64,000 nt of DNA from Bacteroidia bacterium (GTDB lineage Bacteria > Bacteroidota > Bacteroidia > Bacteroidales > CAJPTX01), in the NCBI GenBank assembly GCA_905373475.1, contig CAJPTC010000013.1, forward strand, positions 2,060-66,059. The letters run 5' to 3'. The notes beneath the pieces are model-generated. The model had not been told where the DNA came from and ran no database searches. It was given only the letters and a program-made list of their open reading frames with translations. A program made the translations under genes and the position numbers. Positions 1 through 10,300 of the stretch are shown here, piece after piece. Position 1 is the stretch's first letter; the number at the start of each line of letters is the position of its first letter.

Positions 1-541
1 CAAAATCTTTCCTGCCCGTAGCCGCTATAATTCTGCCAGTACTGGCATCTGCTTTGAGCTGAGGAAGCAGAAGCGCCAACTCTTTACAATCGCGTGCTCG
101 TTTTATTTCTTCAGTCTTAAACGTATAGCTTTTCTTATCGACATCGCTCGTTGTCTTCCCTGTTATAACAATTTCTTCTATCTCCGATTCGGTTGAGCGT
201 TTTTCCAAATTTACGTCGTAGCGTACTGGCGAGTCATTCGTTAACGTATCTGGTGATAGCTTCGCATAAAAAGGCATATAACCGACATAGTGTACTCCCA
301 GATAAAGTGTTTCAGTAGGCTTTGTCTCTAATTCTAAACGATAAAAACCTTCTTGGTCAGTGTAGGTTACCTGCAATGGGGCGCTCAATGTATCTGCATA
401 CAAAACAACAGAAGCAAACCCTGCTCTTTCATCACTGCAAGAAACTACTCCTTCAATTGCTAGTTCCTGCGCGTGTACAAAGGATGCTGTACACAATACA
501 AGCAGGAAAAGAAACCATTTGATTTGTTTAAAGTAACTCAT
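1..541 (-). CDS. Outer-membrane beta-barrel / TonB-dependent-receptor-like protein, N-terminal ~180 aa only (gene runs off the window start)
   Basis: Absent from the ORF track because there is no stop in the window. The reverse complement from ATG at 541..539 reads MSYFKQIKWFLFLLVLCTASFVHA|QELAIEGVVSCSDERAGFASVVLYADTLSAPLQVTYTDQEGFYRLEL...IVITGKTTSDVDKKSYTFK... This is a signal peptide with an A|Q cleavage site followed by a carboxypeptidase-regulatory-like N-domain pattern typical of Bacteroidota OM receptors. The frame stays open to position 1. Confidence 0.6.
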   Translation of the reverse strand, partial: MSYFKQIKWFLFLLVLCTASFVHAQELAIEGVVSCSDERAGFASVVLYADTLSAPLQVTYTDQEGFYRLELETKPTETLYLGVHYVGYMPFYAKLSPDTLTNDSPVRYDVNLEKRSTESEIEEIVITGKTTSDVDKKSYTFKTEEIKRARDCKELALLLPQLKADASTGRIIAATGRKDF

Positions 542-934
542 TTCTGTTTTCTGATTCTAACCAATAAATATTCTGAGGAGTCGGGGCTTTTTGGAATTCC
601 TTGCCTACTCTTCAAACTTTTCGGCTTCCGTTCCTTTTGTCAGTAAGGTCTGTTTCTCACTCCTAAATTAGGTAGAAATTTTTGAAAAAGACATACTGTC
701 TATAATATATATTGTTTCTGTATAGAAATTATTATGCCCCCGTGCTCCTCATTTTGTTTATACCTAAGCGAATAGATATGGCTCTGAAAAGTCTATGTTC
801 TTGTTTGGAGGTTATTTTCTTTTGTCCCATTTGGGTACAATTGAGATATACAACCTACGGCTTATCACTCCCAATTTTCGGATATTGGTAAGTGAAGTAC
901 ATGTATCCGCTCACGGTTTCTGGGGGTTAATAAT

Positions 935-1180
935 ACACACTACCGCCGTATGACTTGGTTCTATGTGCCTTGCGATTATAGATTTAATCAGTGTGGACGA
1001 GGTTTTGTCACGTCGTGCCATGGCGAGCTGCTTTATATCTTGCTTTGCGCATTATCGCCCTGTACTGCGTTACACAATTTTTGATCGTATTGCGCCCGTA
1101 GCATAGCGTCATGGCACGACGTGACCTAGACAAATATTTTTGTCTAGGTCGTAGACCGACGGGTAGAACCCCATACGATG
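935..1180. repeat. Cluster of short palindromic REP-like modules (same family as 10.6-11.3 kb, 20.5-20.7 kb, 30.2-30.5 kb)
   Basis: CGTCGTGCCATGGCGAGCTG lies at 1011-1030 and CGTCATGGCACGACG at 1107-1121. A perfect 10-bp inverted repeat GACCTAGACA-N8-TGTCTAGGTC lies at 1123-1150. Degenerate copies of the CCGCCATACGGCGGGGTTCTAT module lie at ~941-965 and, inverted, at ~1161-1180. Confidence 0.5.
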
Positions 1181-1374
1181 GAGCGAGGTGCCTTTTGCAT
1201 AATATATTCGTGGAAACGCAAACGAGAATATATAATACTCTGATTGACAATGGTATTTTCTCCGAGTATATATTTTTTTGTAAAGAAACAATACTCGTCA
1301 TAGATTTTTCTGCTTTATTTTGATAAAATGCGCTAACTTGGTTATACAGTTTATTAACCAATAATAGAGAACAA
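1181..1374 (+). promoter_or_regulatory. Conserved upstream/leader region of giant subtilase gene copy 1
   Basis: Shares ordered blocks with the regions upstream of copies 2 and 3: ATTCGTGGAAACGCAAAC, TAATACTCTGATT, TTTTGATAAAATGCGCTAACTTGGTTA and ATAGAGAACAAATGAGACGA. No perfect TAnnTTTG -7 box was found, so the exact promoter position is unknown. Confidence 0.45.
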
Positions 1375-4300
1375 ATGAGACGAGGTTTACTTTTGTTATG
1401 CTTCTTGAGCATTGGCTTGCTGCTCCATGCCCAAGAACCGATTCGTTTCGGAGATCGTGAGGTCTACCTAGAGGCGAATGTACACGCCAAGGTACGTGGA
1501 CACAAAACGTCTAGTTTGGAGTTGGGTGTTCCTACTGGCGAAAAGCTCAACGTGCTGGTTCAGTTTGGAGCTGAGGAAATCGCTTACGATGCGTTGAAGC
1601 AAAAAGGCGTAGAACTGGGCGATTACCTTGGAAGCAATGCCTACTATGCTCAAGTATCCCCAGGTAGCCGTCCGAGTGACTTTGTGGGTACAGGGCTTCG
1701 TACAGTAGTACCCATTCGTGGTGAGTGGAAGATGACTAGTAGTCTACTTCATGGAGCGCCCCCAGACTGGGCTTCGGCAGGCAATAAACTGAAAGTAACT
1801 CTTTCGTGGTTCAAAAGTGTAAGTGCTGACCGTATAAAAGCAGATCTAAGTAAGTGCGGCGTGGAGGTCGGAGCGATTTCAGAAATACTGCGCAATGTAG
1901 ATATCGTGGCAACACGCGAACAAATTCTTGCATTGGCAGAACTCGAGTATGTCTCATTGGTGCGATGGATAGAACCTCCTCTTGAGTTAGAGAATAGAGA
2001 AGGCGCGCGTTTAAGTGCAGCTGCCTCTTTGCGCATTCCGATAGCGCTTGGCGGACGCGGTCTCACGGGTAAGGACGTACGTGTTGGCATTTGGGATGCC
2101 AATGTGGGCGATCATGTAGATTATGGCGTGCGTGTACACCGCCAAGAATTTGAGATGGGAGGAAGCACGCATGGTATGCATACCACGGGTACAATTTTAG
2201 GAAGTGGACTGGTAAACGAGCGTGGACGTGGTATGGCTCCAGAGGCTGAGATCTGGACGAACAATTTCAATACGCAGTCCAATAAGAAGAAGGTGGCGCA
2301 AGAGATGTTAGAGACGTATCAGAAAGAACATATTACGCTAACCTCAAACTCTTATGGTTATCGCCTTATCGGGCTTTGTAATTTCGACGCATACCAGAAT
2401 TATACATTCCTAGGGAATACGGATATTGATAAGCTTGCCGCCCTGTACCCTGAGCTGACGCATGTCTATTCGGCAGGTAATTCTCAGGGAGAATGTGGTC
2501 GCTCTTTTTCGCATGCGACAAACTATGCTAAAAATATAATCTCGGTTGCGGCTCTCAATGCCTTGGGAGGTATGACCGAATTCTCGAGTTTCGGACCACT
2601 CTTTGACGGTCGTATGTTCCCCATAATAAGTGCGCGGGGCGAAAAAGTATTTTCTACTGTAGCAGGACAAGGGTATGCATTAAATAGTGGAACGTCTATG
2701 TCTTGCCCAACGGTGACAGGTCATTTGGCATTATTAACACAGCGCTGGATGCAGCTTCATGGCGGAGCGGCTCCCTACAATTATTTTTTGAAGGCGCTAA
2801 TAGCGAATACCGCACGCGATGCAGGAAACCCAGGCCCAGACTACAAGTTCGGCTTTGGAATTTTGGATGCAGAGGCGGCAGTAACGACCATGGAGAATGG
2901 TTGGTACAAACTTTCTGAGATGAAAATAGGAGAGACAGAGCAAGTCGCGACATTTAAGATTCCTGCGGGAGTAAAAGAGCTTCGTGTTATGCTGTGTTGG
3001 AACGACCCTGTCGCTGATAAGGACTATGCAAAAGGCGAGTGCCCACTTGTGAATGACCTAGACTTAAGTGTCAGTTTTGGTGCGCAAGCCTATTTACCGT
3101 TTACGTTGGATCCGTCTAATCCTGATGCAGATGCTGTGAATACAAAACCCAATAGGGTTGATAACATCGAACAAGTTGTGGTGAAAAATCCCGCAGCAGG
3201 CGATGTTGTTGTCAAGGTGTCGGGGGCTGTGAAGCAAGGCGAAAAACAGTCGTATGCGCTTGTATGGTACTGCGATTATAAAACGCCAGAGATATTCTCT
3301 CCGCTCCCGGGCGATACCTATTCGCCCAAAGAAGAGATTTATCTCCGTGCGGAGAACGTGTCGCCTAAAGTGCGCGTAGATCTCTCATCTGATGGCGGAA
3401 AATCATTTGTAACGTTAGGTACATTCGACAGATGCGCGGCTGTGCAACTCCCAGATAATATAGCTCCGACCGATAAAGCTGTGCTTCGTTTGACAGACGA
3501 GAATGGGGTAAGCATCTCTACTAAGGGCTATTTCACAATTCTGTCGCAAGTACACGGCGTTAAGCTGGAGGCTATGAGCTGCTCTACGTCTGGTTGGAAA
3601 CTTACTTGGCGTGAAGCTAAGGGCGCAACCCAATATGAGATCTTGCGCGCTGATATTAACAATGCCACGTACAAGAAGATCGGAGAATCTACGACTACCG
3701 AGTTCTTAATTCCAAAAGAATATGTGACCAATGAGCGCAACATCTATTCCGTGCAAGCTATTGCTGGTGAGATGCGTGCGCGCAGAAGTGTAGCAGTTGT
3801 ATCGGACAAAGTAATGCCAACACTTCTCACAGAAGCCGACTTGCCTTTTGTTGAGACTTTTATAGGTTTTCCTTTAACGCATACGGAGGTCGAGACAGGT
3901 GAGAATTTGGCACTTACTATGCAAGATGCTATTGTCGAGTTGCAACTTCCTTTTATGTCGCACCATGTTGTATGGCAAGCAAAAAATGAGGCGACTGACT
4001 GGCAGCACCCCTTCCAACAAAGAGACAATGTTGGTACACTCAAAGTATGTTCGCTCGATCTCTCAAAAGTGGCTAAAGGGACTCCCTTGCAGTTTTCTAC
4101 TTTTATGCTCATGCAGAAAACAAAGGATAACCCTAAAAATGGTTCTTTACTCCGATTGTTGGTAAACGGTGAGGAAGTGGAAGATGTCCTCGGACGTAAA
4201 CAAATCGTGGGCGATGGGAGTGAACATAATCTTGCTTGGGATTTAACAAGGTTTGCAGGACAAAAAATCTCTTTAACCCTTGAAACGGCATTGCAAAAGG

Positions 4301-7300
4301 ATGGGAATAATGCCATAATTGTTTATTACCAAATTTTTAAAAAAACGACTCAACCCGATGTGCAGATTGCGTGGGTAAATAATCCTGAAGTTGAGGCGAA
4401 GGCACAGATGCAGGAAGAAATCATCAATTTCAAGATTGTAAATAGTTCTTCGCTTGAGCTAAACGATGTACCTGTTTCGATTCAGGTAGATGGTAAGGTC
4501 GTTTATGCGAAGAATATAAAGCAGTTAAAACCATTTGAGGATCAGATTATTGAGTATTTGTACAATTTCGCGAGCGATATACCCCATAAATTTCGAGTTG
4601 ATGTACGTGCCGATCTACAAGATGACATAACACCTGAAGATAACACAGCACATTTTGAAGTCTATAACTTGGGGAATGTTATTGCAATGCCCGAGGTCTC
4701 TTACATAGACTTCTTGGGTGTACCGCTCCCTATAGTACCTCGCATAACCAAGACGCTAACAGGGGCAATTCCATTCACCGATGGTCGTGGTACACTTGCG
4801 CCTTACAATACTAATGAGAAGGCAATTCTAAAGGTTTTGCCTAGCGATCCGTCGCATGCTGTGCAAGTAACCTTTAGCGATATTAAGCTTGCGGCAAATG
4901 ATACTTTGTACGTCATAGCGGGCGATGTAGATAAGGAGTTGCGAGTGAATAGGAAGATGGCTACGAGTTTCCTCACTGGACAGATGGCGGCTCGCTCGTT
5001 CGTCTCCGAAGCGCGCGATGGTGGTATTACGTTTATGATGTTTGGGCATGACGATAATCCTGGCGAGGGGTGGATTGGCGAATTTAGTGAACTCTCAATG
5101 CCCGATTTATGGAAAATGAACTCTTTGCGCGAAGTTGCGGGCGCTGATCCTAATCATGTTAAATTAGAAGCGAAAGTCGAGAATTTGACGACTGTCTCGC
5201 TTCCTCACGTGGGTCTCTGGATAACAGCAAACGCTAAAACACGTCGAATAGAAATTCCTGAACTAAAGGCAAAGACGGAAACAACGTTTGTTATTCCTGA
5301 AGAGATAGATAAAACTGCTCCCGTGTACATAGAAATTGCAGCTGAATTGGCAAAAGATGGAGATCCGTCGAACAATAGGCGCAACCTTGTAATTGCCAAT
5401 GACCCGATTTGGAATGGAGGAGGTACGATTACGAATCCGAAGGCACTCTATCTCTCCGAGGTGCGTCTGGCAGGTGAAGGCGATACGATACAATTCCCCG
5501 CGAATACTCGCATCACCTATATGCCTCAAAAGAAGCTTAAGCTCTATAAGAGTAAAAATGCCCTACAACTAGTACTTTCTAAAGCTCCGACTGCTGCCCA
5601 AGCAGGGGCAAAACTCCGTGTGTGGGTAGATCTGGACGCTAACAATGACTTGGGTACAACTGTGCCTGAATTAGTTACAGCTGCGTTGGAAGAAGGTACA
5701 AAAGAATATTGGGTAGAACTTGATTATACAACTCTTGCCTCACTTACTGCAGGCGAACGTAGATTCCGTTTCATGCTTGCGGATGACGAAAACTACAATA
5801 AGTTCATTAGTGGTAAAGCTATGGCATGGGGAAGTGTAGCAGACGTTACCGCAGACATTAAGGGAGAGCCCAGCCCGAACGATTACGAAGTTGCCTTACT
5901 CTCGGTCGAAGGGGTGAAGAGTGGACGTGCTCTCTCCCATGCGACCGAACTAAAGGTAAAGTTGAAAAATAATGGTCTTGCACAGCTGTCGCAAGTAAAA
6001 TTGTCTTACCAAATAAATAAAAATACACCTGTGACAGAGACGCTTACTACATCTATCGCACCTCGTACCGAGGGGATTGTAACATTCAATACAAAGGCAG
6101 ACTTGAGTGCGATTGGTAAGCACAAGATTACGGTGAAGCTCGAGGAAAAAGATCTTAATGAGAAGGACAACGAGGTTGCGAAAATTGTTTATAAGATAGC
6201 ACCCAAGAATACCGACAAACTTTTCGCATTGAACTTTGAAGGATCTTCCGAAGAGGGCATGCTCTTCCCAAAAGTTGACAAACAAATTGTAAACACTGCT
6301 ACGATCGAGGGGTGGTGGAAACTCGACGGAACACAGTTTGCGCAATATATTAGCGGCGAAGGAATCTTTTTAGTGGCAGTTGCGGGGTATGCACAAATCC
6401 CTGACAATACATTAGCACTCGTGGCAGGGCGATATTCTCAATTCACAAGTACAAAGCCAGTTGTGAAACCTGGACAGTGGCAACACATTGCCGTTACACT
6501 CAATCAAAAGAAGGCTTCACCAAACGACTGGAGTTTTACGACTACCATAGAGGTTTACGTGGACGGCGAAAAGATCGAAATGAAGCGCGAGGGACGTGAC
6601 GGTTTCTTCTTCAAGAATTTTGCACTGAATCATCCGATAAAAGGACAAAATGCGATGTTCCGAATTTGGAACGTAATCCGCACAGAGGATGAAATTAAGG
6701 CAAACATGAGTAAGACTGTACGTACGGGGGCAGATTTGGTTCTACCCTCGGGATGTGTAGGCGAGTATATCTATACGGAGGGACAAGGGAAAGCATCTGA
6801 ATACGGTGATGATGGTGTGTTTACAGCAATAGTGTCTGAGCGCGAAAACGTATGGCAGCCTATTAAAAATACAATTGCGAATATCGAAGTTGAGGGACAA
6901 CTAATCCCCGTTGCCTACAGCTCGGCAGAAGCACAGGTTACTATGCCACAAGACTTTGCCGATTTTGCAAATGTGAAAGTGAAGTTTACGCCAGATTGGC
7001 CAGGTACGAAGATCCAATTCAATGGTTCGGATATTACAGAGGGACAGGTCTTTGATTTCAGTAATGCTGATCACAAACTCACATTCAAGGCAACAAAGTC
7101 AGATCTTTTTGGCTTAACGCTGCAACAGGAGGTTACGGTGAAGCTCGTAAATGACCTATCCAATGCTTGCGATATAGTAAAGCTCTCTGTGCTAAAAAAC
7201 CAAAATAGTGGATTGAAAAAGGATCTTGTCATTCCAAAACCAGAGGAAACGGTTAATCTGGAAGCACAAGATGAATCGGCTACAAGTAAGCTCGATATAA

Positions 7301-10300
7301 CAAATGTGACATTAGTAGTGAACGAGATCTCGCCCAATGCAAAACTTTACAAGGACGATAAGGAGATTGCAGTGGGTAGCGATATAAAGCTCGATCTGAG
7401 TACGTCACAGACGTTGCGAGTAGAAGCACAGAACAAGCGTGATGTGAAGTATTACACCATACGTATGTCAATGTTGCAAGAGCTCACTTGGAGCAGTGAG
7501 AAGATTACGCGACCATTTACTTCTGAGGTATTGCCACTGGATGCCACGGCCTCTTCGGGGTTGAAAGTAAAGTATGTGAGCGAAAACCCATCAGTGGCTA
7601 CTATAGATGCTCATGGTAATTTGTACACCACAGCTGTTGGTACTACCAAGATATTTGCTGTACAGGAAGGCAATATGCAGTATAAAGCAGCAGACAAGCG
7701 TGAGCGTGAAGTAGAAGTGACGCGTGTGCCTCTAACAGTAAAGATGTTACCTACCACGATGGCGGAAGGCGACACATTACCCAATTTCAAGTTTGAGTAT
7801 GACGGTTTGCAGTTTGCAGGTACAGAATACCAGTTTGATACCGAGTATGTGGTGAAAATGGCAGATGGCAATGTTTGGAATCCGACAATGCCGCCGCTAG
7901 CTATAGGCGAGTATACAGTGGTCGCTAAAGGTTATACTGAGCCGTATGAGTTCAACAATTATACAGTAACACGTACAGAGGGGAAACTAACGGTTACAAA
8001 TGCTGAAAAGGCGCGTCGTGTAACACTTACAGTGAAAGATGAACAAGGAGCTGCGCTTAAGGACGTAACGGTGCAGTGTGGGCAGATTACGCAGACAACA
8101 CAAGACGACGGACGCGTTCAGTTCCTCCTATTACCAGGCAAGTATACTGTTATGGCACAGCACGAAGGTTATACAACGGGACAAGAGACCTTTATAGTGA
8201 AAGGACGCTCATTGCAGTTCGATTTACAGCTCCGCAAACTAGTGTATACATTATCTTACAAGGCGGATGCTAACGGTATGATTCAAGGCGCTAAAACACA
8301 AAAGGTGGTTGCTGGAGGCGAAGGCAAACAAGTGGTTGCTGTTCCGCAGAATCTTAAGTATAAGTTCAAACAATGGTCGGATGGAAGCACGCTTGCAGCA
8401 CGCACTGATAAAGATGTAACTAATAATGTAGATGTTACGGCTACCTTTGAACCAGTGCTTTACAAGCTGACTTACGTCATTGGAAAAGGCGGGATAAAGG
8501 TTTCGGGCGACCTTGAGCAGGTTATACAACCTGGTGAAAATGGAACTCCTGTCGAAGTAAAGGCTGCAGAAGGGTACATATTTATGGGTTGGTCGGATGG
8601 GCTGATGTCGGCTACACGAACAGACATGAATATTACCCAAGATATAAAGCTAGAAGCACGCTTCTTCAAAGCGTACCTGATTACGTGGGGCGAAGACTTC
8701 GAGAGTGGCGAAGAGTGTCTCAGCGCTTGGAGCTTTCCCACGCCTAATGAAGGTTTTGGTTGGACATACTCTGAACGTCTTGACATTAGAGAAAATACGG
8801 GAGCGGAAACGGGGCATGCGCTTTTAATCGACTCGGATCGCGATTGGGCGTGGAATGAAGAAACTTCGGCAATTTCGCCGTGGATGACTCTTGCAGGACG
8901 TGTGGCAGGCTCAAAGGTTGTGGTCTCTTTTGCTCGGAATTACATACAGGCTGAAACTACAGATGAGGCTAAAGCGCAGTACTGTTTTGAAGATGGAGAA
9001 TGGCATGATGGCATCGAATTAACACCAGCAGATGACGGCTCATTGATGTCGTTTGAGATAGACGATGCGACACTTGCAACTCATAAGTTCTTACGTCTGA
9101 GATGGTATCTCACGAACCCCGAATCGATGGATGCGCTTGTAGCCATAGATGATATCAAGGTGAAATACTCGCCAGATCCTACTGATGTCGTATTACGATA
9201 CATTGCAGGCGAACACGGTAAACTCCAAAAAGAGGGGAGTGCTGAGCCAGAAAAGGTGCTAGAGTTCACGACAACGGCAGGCACTTTAGGTACAAAAGTG
9301 ACAGCTATGCCTGATGCGGGTTACGTCTTTGACAAATGGTCCGATGATAAAACGACAGAGAATAATCGTCAAGATGATGCTGAGGTTTTGGTATATGCTT
9401 CCTTTAAGCCAGCTCCCAAGACGCTGTATACTGTTTCCTACAGTGCAAGAGCCAATGGTGAGCTACGTGGGTTGTTATATCAACGTGTAGCTGTAGGCGA
9501 GAAGAGCACACCTGTTGTGGCAGTTGCCAATGAAGGTTATCAGTTTGCACAATGGTCTGATGGTTCAAAACAAAATCCGAGAACTGATATAGTAAATGAG
9601 GATGGCAAACTCTATGAGGCGGAATTTTCGGTGAAGCCACCTGTTTATACGCTAACCTACGTGGCAGGCGAACATGGCGAAGTTACGGGCAATCTGTTAC
9701 AAACTGTAGAGGCTGGTAACAATGGTACTGAGGTAATCGCTATTGCCGACGACGGTTACCACTTTGTGAAGTGGGACGATGGTATTACAACTGCCAGACG
9801 TACTGAAACCAATGTACAAGCCAGCAAGGTGTATGCTGCACAGTTTGAAGCCGATGTGAAGACATTCGCCGTAACACTTAAGCATGACGGTGAAGGAGAG
9901 CTGAAGATAACAGGCATAGAAGAAAGTAAACTGAATGCCGTTCCTGAAGGCACTGAACTCACGGCAGTGGCAACGCCTGCAAAGGGTTGGAAGTTGAAGA
10001 GTCTTACGGCGGGTACACAGGACATCTCGGCAGACGGTAAGTTCACGGTAACTGCCAATGTTGAGGTGAAGGCAGTATTTGAAAAAGAAGGTGCTCCGCA
10101 GCCCACAACATTCGCCGTAACACTTAAGCATGACGGTGAAGGAGAGCTGAAGATAACAGGTATTGAAGAAAGTAAACTGAATGCCGTTCCCGAAGGCACC
10201 GAGCTCACAGCAGTAGCAACGCCTGCAAAGGGTTGGAAGTTGAAGAGCCTTACGGCGGGTACACAGGACATCTTGTCAGACGGTAAGTTTACCGTAAACG

